Under the pieces are notes generated by a model. The model was given only the letters and a program-made list of their open reading frames with translations, did no database searches and had not been told where the DNA came from. Positions 39,659-49,444 of a stretch of DNA of 64,000 bases are shown here, in pieces (position 1 is the stretch's first letter; each line of letters opens with the position of its first letter). This DNA comes from Candidatus Dojkabacteria bacterium (GTDB lineage Bacteria > Patescibacteriota > Dojkabacteria > SC72 > JAFGCJ01): the NCBI GenBank assembly GCA_016929645.1, contig JAFGIK010000031.1, forward strand, positions 2,548-66,547, read 5' to 3'. Position numbers and translations under genes: made by a program.

Positions 39659-41293
39659 TCAATTCAATAATTTTTTAACTTCATCTATGTCATTCCACTC
39701 AAATTCATCTACCCCAAAGCAAAGGCTTTTTTCATGCCCCTTGCCACACATAATCACAACATCACCAGCCTTTGCAAGTTCAAGAGCCTTGATAATAGCA
39801 TCACGACGAACCTGAACATTTATCGAGTCATCATCAAAACGCATAAAAACTTGAGATTTCTGATTAGCAGTAGTCTTCCAACCTCGTTCAATTTCATCAT
39901 TTATATCTTTTAAACTCTCAGTCCTGGGATCTTCTGCTGTAATAATCGTTGTATCAGCAAGGTTGCCCGCAACTTCACCCATCTTAAATCTTTTGTACTT
40001 ATCTCGCTTTCCTGCACATCCAAATACAACAATTAATTTATTTCCATCGCTCTTTTTAAGCCTTACTGCCGAATTCAAAGCCACATTAAGAGCATTGGGG
40101 GTATGAGCAAAATCAACTATCACCGAAAAAGGTTGTTTTTGAAGTATTTCCATACGTCCAAGTACAGTTTTAAAATCAACAAGGGCTTTTGCAGCAATAT
40201 TCTTGGGAACATCTAAAGCAACACAAGCAGAAATCGCGGCAAGTGAGTTGCTCACATTGTATTCTCCGAAAATTGGAATATATACATCACAAGCAATCTC
40301 ATCATTTCCAAATTTTAACTTATACTTAATTCCATTTTCATTAAATGTTGTATCTGCTGCACTTATTATATTTTCATTAAAATCCTGTGAGAATCCCTCA
40401 GATAAACCATAAACTAATGGCTTGATACCAAGATTACTGCACAACTCATTAAGTTTTGTGAAAGATCTTTTATCATCATTATTTATTACTACAGAACCAT
40501 TTTCTTTAAGATGATTCTTGATAAGTCGTGATTTTGCTTCATACAAACCTTCCCAATCCTTGTGATAATCCAGATGCTCTTCGGTAATATTCGTATAAAC
40601 AGCAACATCAAATTTAACTCCAGCCAAACGGCCCATCGACAAGCCGTGTGAGGTAGATTCGATAATAATATGAGTACAATTAGCATCTTGCATTTTCTTT
40701 AGAACCTTAAACAATTCTTGAGATGATGGAGTAGTTACATGAAAACCTGTATCGATTTCTTCATTTCCGATTTTTGCAGACACAGTTGAAATCAATCCCG
40801 GTGTAAAGCCATTTTCTGAAAGGATATCATAAATCATTGAAGAAGTTGTTGTTTTGCCATCAGTTCCTGTAACTCCAACGTATTTGACCTTCTCATAATC
40901 AAGATTATACAAAGGAGCGATGTCCGAATCTTGAAATGCCTTCAATTCCTTATCCGATAATTTTCCTGATTCATAATCACTTATCAGTTTATCGAAAAAT
41001 TCTCCAACCTCTACGACCCCAATGTCCGAATTATTTTCTTTCAGTTTTTTTATTATTTCATCGGGGTACGCATAGGTATAAACACAAATATCTGTATTTT
41101 TATCAAAAGGCTCATCAGGATTTTTTAATTTTACCTTTGCTCCAGATTTAATGATTTCTTTAACATTATCACTCTCTTTTAAGTCATATCCTGTTACTCT
41201 AGCCCCAAGCAAAAGGAAAAAACGAGCGACATAATAAATTCCACCACCTCCAATACCTGCACACACAACGTTTTTTATTTTTGAATATTTCAT
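39659..41293 (-). CDS. murE: MurE-type Mur ligase with a MurC-like N-terminal domain
   Basis: GVTGTDGKTTT, HVTTP, ESTSHGL, NITEEHLDYH, DFAHTPNA, VFGCAGKRD, AEDPR, GKGHE; N-terminus AGIGGGG...VTGYD. Confidence 0.88.
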   Translation of the reverse strand: MKYSKIKNVVCAGIGGGGIYYVARFFLLLGARVTGYDLKESDNVKEIIKSGAKVKLKNPDEPFDKNTDICVYTYAYPDEIIKKLKENNSDIGVVEVGEFFDKLISDYESGKLSDKELKAFQDSDIAPLYNLDYEKVKYVGVTGTDGKTTTSSMIYDILSENGFTPGLISTVSAKIGNEEIDTGFHVTTPSSQELFKVLKKMQDANCTHIIIESTSHGLSMGRLAGVKFDVAVYTNITEEHLDYHKDWEGLYEAKSRLIKNHLKENGSVVINNDDKRSFTKLNELCSNLGIKPLVYGLSEGFSQDFNENIISAADTTFNENGIKYKLKFGNDEIACDVYIPIFGEYNVSNSLAAISACVALDVPKNIAAKALVDFKTVLGRMEILQKQPFSVIVDFAHTPNALNVALNSAVRLKKSDGNKLIVVFGCAGKRDKYKRFKMGEVAGNLADTTIITAEDPRTESLKDINDEIERGWKTTANQKSQVFMRFDDDSINVQVRRDAIIKALELAKAGDVVIMCGKGHEKSLCFGVDEFEWNDIDEVKKLLN

Positions 41294-41332
41294 AATTTTT
41301 TAATTAAAACATAAATTTCTAATAAACTGAAC

Positions 41333-42298
41333 TCAAATTGATTTCAAAGATCTATAAATTTGCCCTAAAGCTTGTGAATTTGCACCACGATGACCACCAT
41401 CAACACGAGAAAAAATAACGTTATCTTTTGCATATCGCTCTACCAAACCCTTAGGAATAATTGTATCACCTTTATTTTCAATTACTAATGTCCGAATATC
41501 ATTATAAGTCTTCTGAATCCGACGAACATATTTTTCAAAATTATTAAAAGAATGTGAGTTTTTCCATGAATCAGGCTTCCTTATTTCTTCACTAAAATCT
41601 TTACCAAAATTTATTTCACGTGCTTTTTGCGAATATGCAGCAGGAACATATAGTATTACATAATCAGGCATCAAAGATGCAGCTACGTAAGCTACATCAT
41701 AGCCTCCCATACTTGTCCCAATAATTGCAATTTTTTTGAAATCTGGATAATAGCCATTATCAATATAACCAGAAAAAAGCTGTTTCCTGTACTTCTCAAA
41801 CTTTTTATCTCTAAGAATAGAAAAAATTAATCTCAAATCATTTTCTCTTGTCTTCAAGCTGTATCCTGTTACATTTTTCTTTGAGTTAAACCCTCGAAAA
41901 TCAAGCATTATTGGTATGCATTTTTCAGACAAGATAGAGCAAAGTGTTGCAAACATTTTTTTATCAGGTATACCTTTTATACCAATGGTCCCACCTGGAA
42001 CCATAAGCAATAATGGCAACTTCTGTTTTTTTGATGTCCGAATTATTTTTTTTGCGTAATTTCGCTTAACTGATTTATCAAACGGCAAGTATAAATTAAC
42101 AATTTGATCTTCTGAATAACCAGGATCTTTGAAATTTACGCTGAATTTAAGAACGTTCATTATTGATTTATAGCTTGAAATTTCGCCATCTCTTGTTAAT
42201 CGCCTTGTAACAACAAGGTTGGGAGTTATTTTTGAACGATAAGATCTATCAAATTTAACAGAACTTATAATGATTTCTGAGTTTTTATTTTTCTTCAT
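41333..42298 (-). CDS. Alpha/beta-hydrolase fold protein
   Basis: VPGG, LDFRG, nucleophile GTSMGG, KGDTII (Asp), GGH (His); start overlaps the murC stop. Confidence 0.75.
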   Translation of the reverse strand: MKKNKNSEIIISSVKFDRSYRSKITPNLVVTRRLTRDGEISSYKSIMNVLKFSVNFKDPGYSEDQIVNLYLPFDKSVKRNYAKKIIRTSKKQKLPLLLMVPGGTIGIKGIPDKKMFATLCSILSEKCIPIMLDFRGFNSKKNVTGYSLKTRENDLRLIFSILRDKKFEKYRKQLFSGYIDNGYYPDFKKIAIIGTSMGGYDVAYVAASLMPDYVILYVPAAYSQKAREINFGKDFSEEIRKPDSWKNSHSFNNFEKYVRRIQKTYNDIRTLVIENKGDTIIPKGLVERYAKDNVIFSRVDGGHRGANSQALGQIYRSLKSI

Positions 42299-43671
42299 TT
42301 CAAAACTAGCTCAGGGACAACACTGTTATGTAAATCTCCAGCACTTGCAAGTACAATTACAAAATCACGTCCATTATCAAGATTATTAATTTCATTGATT
42401 GTATTTTCAAAGTTTTGGGTATATTTAATTATCTTGTCAGGATTTGATTCTCGCAGTATTCGGACAAAATTAGACTCGCTGATCATTGCACGCTGTTCTT
42501 CCGTCTCACGCTTTGGAGAAAAAATATTTGGCACCAAGACAATATCTGCATTATCAAGCGATTTAGCAAACTCGTTTATAAAAGTAAAAGATCTTTCAAA
42601 AGAATGAGGTTGAAAAACCAATATTGTTTTCTTATCAGGATACTTTTCCTTTGCACCTTGAAGGCATGCAGAAATTTTAGCAGGATTATGAGCAAAATCC
42701 CGATAAACAGGTGTGCCTTTTTTTGTATTCCCCATAAATTCAAATCTTTTAGCCATTCCAGGGAAACTTGCTAAACTTGCACTTATTTCATCTTCATTAA
42801 ACCCTAAAGCAATACCGGTAGCATAAGCTTTTTGCATATTCAAACGATTATGATCTCCAGATAACATCGTCTTTATTTTTGCCACTTTTTCAGCATATTT
42901 TGATGAATCCAGAATGCTTAGCGATTTGTTATTAATGACTACCTGGTCATTTACAAATCTTTCATTTACTCCAGAAAGATCTATAACGATAGAATTCTGA
43001 GTGTTATTAAGAAACTCAACAAAAGCAGAATTGTAGTCTTCAAGATCTTTGAAATAGTCAGTATGATCAAGCTCAATATGCGTCACCACAGAGATAAATG
43101 GGTTAGGAGTCCTGTCTAAAAATTGACGTTTGTACTCACAGGCCTCAATTACCATATATTCACTTTCCGTACTAACATGCCAATTTTTCTCCATTCCTGA
43201 AATATAATCCTCAGAATCCCCAATTATGTAACTTGGTAAGCCATCAATTTCTTTTATCATCCAGGCAATAAGTGCTGAGGTCGTTGACTTGCCATGAGTC
43301 CCAACAATTGAGATTGTTTTGTAATTTCGGCTTATAAGGCCAGTCATCTGGCCAACTGTAATTGCCGGAACGTTCAATTTATCAGTCATTTCGCACTCAG
43401 GGTTCCCTGGAGCAGGAGCGTTTGGAAAAATCACTAAATCCAGATCTGTTGAGATATAACTTGCATCATGACCACCAGGGTATAAAATACCCTTATCCTC
43501 CCAGATCTTTCGATTTGGATCATCCTGGGTATATTCAGAAGCAGTGACTGTAACACCTTTACTAATTAAAACAGTTGCACAGAAGCTACTGAATGGCGAT
43601 AAAAGTCCAATAAAATGAACCTTTTTTAATTTGTTAATATTAATGTGTTCTACATCTTGTCTAGAAAGCAT
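42295..43671 (-). CDS. murC: UDP-N-acetylmuramate--L-alanine ligase
   Basis: VGTHGKSTT, IEACEY, IELDHTDY, GDHNRLN, FPGMAKRFE, DFAHNP, FQPHSFER. Confidence 0.85.
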   Translation of the reverse strand: MLSRQDVEHININKLKKVHFIGLLSPFSSFCATVLISKGVTVTASEYTQDDPNRKIWEDKGILYPGGHDASYISTDLDLVIFPNAPAPGNPECEMTDKLNVPAITVGQMTGLISRNYKTISIVGTHGKSTTSALIAWMIKEIDGLPSYIIGDSEDYISGMEKNWHVSTESEYMVIEACEYKRQFLDRTPNPFISVVTHIELDHTDYFKDLEDYNSAFVEFLNNTQNSIVIDLSGVNERFVNDQVVINNKSLSILDSSKYAEKVAKIKTMLSGDHNRLNMQKAYATGIALGFNEDEISASLASFPGMAKRFEFMGNTKKGTPVYRDFAHNPAKISACLQGAKEKYPDKKTILVFQPHSFERSFTFINEFAKSLDNADIVLVPNIFSPKRETEEQRAMISESNFVRILRESNPDKIIKYTQNFENTINEINNLDNGRDFVIVLASAGDLHNSVVPELVLK

Positions 43672-43683
43672 ACACGATAAAAA

Positions 43684-45099
43684 TTAAAGATTATTAACAA
43701 ACTTATTAAACTGAGCACCTCGATCAAACTCATTCTGAAACATATTAAAACTAGAACCGCCAGGACATAATATTATCATATCACCGTTTTCAGCCATACT
43801 TGATGCCTTTTTCACAGCCTCTTCAAAATTTCCAAAATACTTTGAAATCTCAATATTTTTAACTTCAGAGTCGTCGAGAGCCTGAGAAATTTTCTCCGAC
43901 GCCGTACCTTCAAGCAAAACAAGACCTTTTAGATATTCATTAAAAAGAGGGACAAGACTTGAATAATCTAGTCCCTTATCAACGCCACCTGCAATCATTA
44001 TGATTTTCTTTGGAAATTTAGGACCAAATCGCTTTAGCGCAACAATCATAGCCTCAAGCGTTGTAGCGCACGTATCGTTATAATATTTCACACCGTTAAG
44101 CTCACGAATCAACTCCTGTCGCCCCTCAACACCCGAAAACTCATTTAAAATTTCATTAACTATATTTTTGCCTTCATCTTCAAGGATCTCTACTCCATGA
44201 AAACTAACAGTTGCAATAGCACAAAGCATATTGTACAAATTATGCTCTCCTTCCAATTTCGCTTTGCCAAGATTAATTCCTGATTTTTGAGAACCATGAT
44301 AAACATTTAGCTCATCATCACAGTAAAAATCAGCTTTATTGTTTTTTAATGAAAAAGTTATTAAATGTGAACTAACTTCGTCAGAAAAATTTCGAGTTAT
44401 CTCATTGTCAAGATTAATGACACAATAATCATCTTTACTTTGAAATTTAAAAATATTTTTCTTAGCGTTGATATAATCATCCATATCAGCATGCCAATTC
44501 AAATGATCAGGATAGATATTCGTCACAACTGCTGTCATCGGTGACACTTTTGATTGGCCCATAGCATCTAACTGAAAACTTGAAATTTCAAGCACAGCTA
44601 GATTTTCTTTAGTTAGATTTTTAAGCTCCCGAATAGCACTTTTTCCAATATTCCCTGCAAGCAAAACCTTATCTCCATATTTTTTCTCAAGAAATTTATA
44701 AATCAGCGTTGTTGTTGTCGATTTTCCACGCGTACCTGTAATACCAATAATAGGGCAGGGCGCTAGCTTATGAAACAGACTCATCTCCATTTCAATCATC
44801 TTACCAGCATTCTTTGCAATTTCGATTAATTCGTTTCCAGGTTTAATTGCAGGATTTCGTATAATTATGTCATTATCAAGAAAATCCTGTTTAGGATTTT
44901 CTCCAAGATGATAAGTAATCTTATCACCATATTTTTTCAATTTCGCAAGCGAAGGAGTAAGATCTTGCTCTGTTTTTCCGTCGGTTATTGTCACCTGAGC
45001 ACCAGCTTCAATAAAAAAATCCACCATTCCAACACCACCATCGTTTAGACCGAGGCCGAAAATAAGGACTTTTTTATTTTTAAAATCGGAGAGTTGCAT
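43684..45099 (-). CDS. murD: UDP-N-acetylmuramoyl-L-alanine--D-glutamate ligase
   Basis: FGLGLNDGG, GITGTRGKSTT, GNIG, EISSFQL, DHLNWH, YNDTCAT, GGVDK, SFNMFQNEFDRG; ATG at 45099. Confidence 0.92.
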   Translation of the reverse strand: MQLSDFKNKKVLIFGLGLNDGGVGMVDFFIEAGAQVTITDGKTEQDLTPSLAKLKKYGDKITYHLGENPKQDFLDNDIIIRNPAIKPGNELIEIAKNAGKMIEMEMSLFHKLAPCPIIGITGTRGKSTTTTLIYKFLEKKYGDKVLLAGNIGKSAIRELKNLTKENLAVLEISSFQLDAMGQSKVSPMTAVVTNIYPDHLNWHADMDDYINAKKNIFKFQSKDDYCVINLDNEITRNFSDEVSSHLITFSLKNNKADFYCDDELNVYHGSQKSGINLGKAKLEGEHNLYNMLCAIATVSFHGVEILEDEGKNIVNEILNEFSGVEGRQELIRELNGVKYYNDTCATTLEAMIVALKRFGPKFPKKIIMIAGGVDKGLDYSSLVPLFNEYLKGLVLLEGTASEKISQALDDSEVKNIEISKYFGNFEEAVKKASSMAENGDMIILCPGGSSFNMFQNEFDRGAQFNKFVNNL

Positions 45100-45116
45100 T
45101 GAAAACAAGTAACAAT

Positions 45117-46133
45117 TTAATATACGTTAACTTCACGTTCTAATTGAACACCATATTTCTCTTTTATATCATTTATTATTTCTTCAGAAAATGCAAAGAT
45201 TTCATCACCTGCAGCATTACCAAAATTAACAATGATAATTGGTTGTTTTTCATATGAGCCTACATTGCCAGTTTTTTTGCCTTTCCATCCTGCATTATCT
45301 AAAAACCATGCAGCAGGAATCTTAACAGATTGATCATCAACATCAAAAGAAGGAATTTCAGGATATTTTTGCTGTAGACTTGCAAGCACATCACGGGAGA
45401 CTATCGGATTTTTAAAAAAACTTCCAGCATTACCCAAATCTTTCGGATCTGGTAATTTTTCTCCTCGAATTTCAGATACAATTTCATAAACATCCTTAAT
45501 TGAGTAATTCTTATCTTTTACTCTTTCTTCAAGCTTTTTTTGAATATCACCATAGCTTGTATTAAGTTTGGGTTTCGATGCCAGTTTATAAGTTACAGAC
45601 GTAATAATGTATTTATCTTTTAATTCATTCTTAAAGATACTGTCACGATAGCCAAATTTGCATTCTGTTAATGTGAATTTTTCAATCTCTCGAGTTTGAA
45701 TATTTATTGCCTCAAGCTCATGAAATACATCTTTTGTTTCAACTCCATAAGCACCAACATTCTGGATAGGTGTAGCACCAACAGTTCCAGGAATATCAAC
45801 AAGGTTTTCAACACCACAGTAATTATTTTCTACGCAATATTCTACAAAATCAGTCCAGATTTCTCCGGCTTTAGCATTAACATAAATTAATTCCCCATCT
45901 TCTTTCACAGTTTTACCTTTGTTTAATACATGCACAACGAGTCCATCGAAATCTTTTGTAAAAAGAACATTACTGCCACCACCAAGTATTATTCTCTTAC
46001 TATTTTTAAAGACGGGATCATTTAATAATTCTTTAATTTTATCTTCAGAATCAACAGCAACATAATATTTCGCAACAGACGCTATACCAAAGGTATTTAA
46101 ATTCTTGAGAGGTTTATTCTGCTCAATATTCAT
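45117..46133 (-). CDS. murB: UDP-N-acetylenolpyruvoylglucosamine reductase
   Basis: NTFGI, GGGSNVL, IPGTVGATPIQNVGAYGVE, FGYRDSIFK, GNAGSFFKNP, LEREV; ATG at 46133. Confidence 0.93.
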   Translation of the reverse strand: MNIEQNKPLKNLNTFGIASVAKYYVAVDSEDKIKELLNDPVFKNSKRIILGGGSNVLFTKDFDGLVVHVLNKGKTVKEDGELIYVNAKAGEIWTDFVEYCVENNYCGVENLVDIPGTVGATPIQNVGAYGVETKDVFHELEAINIQTREIEKFTLTECKFGYRDSIFKNELKDKYIITSVTYKLASKPKLNTSYGDIQKKLEERVKDKNYSIKDVYEIVSEIRGEKLPDPKDLGNAGSFFKNPIVSRDVLASLQQKYPEIPSFDVDDQSVKIPAAWFLDNAGWKGKKTGNVGSYEKQPIIIVNFGNAAGDEIFAFSEEIINDIKEKYGVQLEREVNVY

Positions 46134-46200
46134 TATTGCGTTATTCAAAAATTAAGATATTTGACATCAACTGGCTAAAATTTAAAACAATAAATCCAGG

Positions 46201-47499
46201 TTACTCAACCCATTTTACCTTAGCTCCAAGAGATTCCAACTTCTCTGCAAAGCCAGGATGAGCTCTCTTGATTGCGTCAGCACTTTTGACAACACTTTCT
46301 CCAGGAGTAACAAGAGCTGTCATAAGCAAAGCCACTGTTGCTCGAATAATCTTTGGCGCATCAACCGTCGCTGCCCTAAGTGGTAGACCACCCCAGATTA
46401 GAACCCTATGAGGATCGCAAATTAAAGCCTTTACACCAAACTTAATCAACTCCGGTATCCAGAAATTAGCTCCTTCATATACTTTATTCCAGAATAAAAC
46501 TTGCCCGTCAGTTTGGGTCGCCAAAGCCATTAATAAAGGATGCAAATCAGTTGGAAAATATGGCCACGGAGCTGCTTCAATTTTTGGAATGAAATTTGTT
46601 GTATAAGGAGATTTGACTTTAAATGATTGTTGGCCTTCAACAATGGCTGTATCTCCATTATATTTAATCTCAACTCCAAGCTTATCGAATTGTTGAACGA
46701 TCAGTGGAAAATGTTCAGGTATCGCATTTTCAACCTCAACTCGACCTCCAGTCATAGCCCCTAAAGCTAAAAACGAAGTTATTTCATGATGGTCAGAGAT
46801 TATCGCGTGTGTAGTACCACCAAGGGAATCAACACCTTCAATTTCAAGAATATTTGTACCAATTCCAGTAATTTTGGCGCCCATCGAGTTTAGAAAATTG
46901 CAAAGATCCTGAACATGTGGCTCGCAAGCTGCATTGTTAATGCTGGATTTTCCTTTAGCCAATACAGCTGCCATAATAAAATTCTCAGTAGTCGTAACAC
47001 TTGCATATTCACGCCAGATGTTTGCTGCCTTAAATCGTTCCTCTATTGTTACCTCAAGTTTACTATCTGAATCATATTTAACGTTAGCCCCAAGATCTTT
47101 TAGTACATCAAGATGGGTGTCAACTTCTCGTATACCAAGTGAACACCCCTTGATCTGAGCATCAGCTTCGAGCTTCTTTAACCGTGAAATCATCGGAGCC
47201 AAAAACAAGATTACACCTCTTGCACCCATTGGAAATTTTCCTTTGAATCCATCAAGATTTATATCATCATTCAAGAGTTCCATGGTACAACGATCTTTGT
47301 CCCAATTAATTTTTGAACCAAGACTAATCATTATATCCACAGCTTCTTGTACATCTGTCAAATCAGGGACATTTGTAAGTGTTACTTTTTGAGTAGTAAG
47401 TAAAGTCGCAGGAATAATTGGCATAATGGCATTTTTATTACCAGCTGGAGTTATTTTCCCCATAAGTTTGGAGCCACCAATAATATGTAAATCAGCCAT
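46201..47499 (-). CDS. murA: UDP-N-acetylglucosamine 1-carboxyvinyltransferase
   Basis: GNKNA, GCSLGIR (active-site Cys), SVTTTENFIMAA, AACEPH, PWPYFPTD, DPHR. Confidence 0.93.
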   Translation of the reverse strand: MADLHIIGGSKLMGKITPAGNKNAIMPIIPATLLTTQKVTLTNVPDLTDVQEAVDIMISLGSKINWDKDRCTMELLNDDINLDGFKGKFPMGARGVILFLAPMISRLKKLEADAQIKGCSLGIREVDTHLDVLKDLGANVKYDSDSKLEVTIEERFKAANIWREYASVTTTENFIMAAVLAKGKSSINNAACEPHVQDLCNFLNSMGAKITGIGTNILEIEGVDSLGGTTHAIISDHHEITSFLALGAMTGGRVEVENAIPEHFPLIVQQFDKLGVEIKYNGDTAIVEGQQSFKVKSPYTTNFIPKIEAAPWPYFPTDLHPLLMALATQTDGQVLFWNKVYEGANFWIPELIKFGVKALICDPHRVLIWGGLPLRAATVDAPKIIRATVALLMTALVTPGESVVKSADAIKRAHPGFAEKLESLGAKVKWVE

Positions 47500-47629
47500 A
47501 GACCGGATATTAAAAATTAATTAATTATTAAGAAGAACTTTCATTTTGAACTGCATTAGTAAACGAAGAATACGAAATAAAATTACATGGCATAACTCGA
47601 AATCCAACAAAGGTAATCGCAATACAAAA

Positions 47630-48481
47630 CTATATATCAATTCTCATGAATTTTTCGAAATTCGAATACACAGCTTTCCATAAATCTTCTTTTGAAATTC
47701 CAAGAAACTGAGCCGCATATTCTGCAACCTCATCAACAAAAATAGGTTCATTTTGAATTATTCCACGAGATTTTGCCTTATTTGGAACAAGCCAGGGACA
47801 ATCAGTCTCAAGAAGTATCTGATCAACAAGGACTTTTCCTAAGATGTCTCTAACGTTATCAGCATTACGATAAGTTAAAATTCCATTAAATGATACAAAA
47901 TATCCTCTGCTAACAATCTCGGATAAATACGACAATGATCCAGTATAGCTGTGGAAAAGACATCTCAGACTCTTGGAACCATAAGATTTTAATAATTCAA
48001 GCATTTCAGCTTCTGCATGTTTATCTCCTTCCTGATCACGACAATGCAATATAATAGGGAGTTCAAGTTCACTAGCTATTACAATTTGCCTTTTTAATAG
48101 ATCTTTCTGAAGTTCAAATATAAGACTCCGGTCTTCAATCCCGTTTTTCTTAGCCCAATAATAATCCAGACCACACTCTCCAACCGCAACAATAGGAAAA
48201 TCATGTATAAGGTTTGCAAGAATTTGGGTATTTTTAATAATCCACTTGGAAGAAATATTTTTCTGATAAATATCAGTTCCTGGAACTGTCAGCTCAGGAT
48301 GAAGACCGATGGCTGGAAGCACATTTTTAAATTCATGATTCTGCGAAATAACCAAATGTGAAGTTTCGATACTGGTTGCGGCATTAACTATATATTTTCC
48401 ACCACCATCAAAAAACCGCTTAACAACGGCTATAAATTCTTCACCTTCAAAACAATACATGTGACTATGTACATCGATCAT
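47630..48481 (-). CDS. tatD: TatD family deoxyribonuclease
   Basis: True start MIDVHSH at 48481 (the track ORF is over-extended); GLHPE, VGECGLDY, LHCRD, FHSY, LETDCP. Confidence 0.9.
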   Translation of the reverse strand: MIDVHSHMYCFEGEEFIAVVKRFFDGGGKYIVNAATSIETSHLVISQNHEFKNVLPAIGLHPELTVPGTDIYQKNISSKWIIKNTQILANLIHDFPIVAVGECGLDYYWAKKNGIEDRSLIFELQKDLLKRQIVIASELELPIILHCRDQEGDKHAEAEMLELLKSYGSKSLRCLFHSYTGSLSYLSEIVSRGYFVSFNGILTYRNADNVRDILGKVLVDQILLETDCPWLVPNKAKSRGIIQNEPIFVDEVAEYAAQFLGISKEDLWKAVYSNFEKFMRIDI

Positions 48482-49331
48482 GAAGTCATTATATAATAAA
48501 AATGTAATTATGTCGGTCAAAACAATCCTGGGAAAAACAAATAATCCGGGAAAGTGTTTGTTGGGCTCAAAGCACAGCAGCCTTTCAATATCTCCAACTT
48601 TTTTCTCAGATAAGGTTTCTATTTCGACACCAAGTTCAAATCTATTTCCAGTCCCCACGTCACATACAAAATCTATACTCGCATCAACCCAAGGCCAACT
48701 TGAAAAAGAACCAATAAGCACAGAAAAATCACAAGATGATATCCTGAACGAAAAATACAACAATATCTCTCAATTATTTTCAAAATGGGATAACATAATC
48801 ACATCAAAAAGTTTAATGAAATTTAATATTCACCCTTTTCTTGTCAAAATTTATGACAACTCACGGAAAAGAGTAGACTTTTTTCTAACGCATGAAATTA
48901 AAAGAGGATTGCGATATTTGATATACGAAGGAAAACCTGACAAAAAATTTGCAATAAGAGACATATATTATGACAAAAGATTAAACATACTTCATGCAAT
49001 TCTGGTCCATTTGAAATACGATCACAATAGACATGAACTCGATATGACTCCCAACCGCAGTTTTTGCAATAATGATAATCTGGGCAACAGGGATAACGAA
49101 ACTCAAAGTAACAGCGATCATTTCATGAAAAAGACCAAATGTACTAAAGACAAACAGATAATTATGGAAAATACCGGTTTTAATGAATTCAAGAAGGCCT
49201 ACGTATTCGAAGCTCAAGAAGATAAAGAACTTCCAAACTACGAAATCAAGGTTTTCTTGTATCAAAATTTAAGAAAACTCGTTGAGGCACTTTATCGACA
49301 TATCGGAGAATGCAGAAGCTTCAAATTTTAA
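48480..49331 (+). CDS. Hypothetical protein (true start probably downstream, e.g. 48510)
   Basis: 283-codon ORF divergent from tatD; Ser/Thr/Pro-rich N-terminus; no recognisable motif. Confidence 0.5.
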   Translation: MKSLYNKNVIMSVKTILGKTNNPGKCLLGSKHSSLSISPTFFSDKVSISTPSSNLFPVPTSHTKSILASTQGQLEKEPISTEKSQDDILNEKYNNISQLFSKWDNIITSKSLMKFNIHPFLVKIYDNSRKRVDFFLTHEIKRGLRYLIYEGKPDKKFAIRDIYYDKRLNILHAILVHLKYDHNRHELDMTPNRSFCNNDNLGNRDNETQSNSDHFMKKTKCTKDKQIIMENTGFNEFKKAYVFEAQEDKELPNYEIKVFLYQNLRKLVEALYRHIGECRSFKF

Positions 49332-49444
49332 AAGATGTTTTCCTTAAAGTTTATCCAATATGAAGTATTACGATTGTGACTAAAATTCAAGTTTCCCCGT
49401 TAATCATTTTAGATATATTAAATTAAGTTTTTTAGTAGTACTCA

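Noticed and set aside
48482-48763. 94-aa N-terminal extension of TatD and a long antisense overlap with ORF 48480-49331
   Set aside because: TatD begins at MIDVHSH (48481) with TATAAT 6 nt upstream; the extension comes from choosing the longest ORF.
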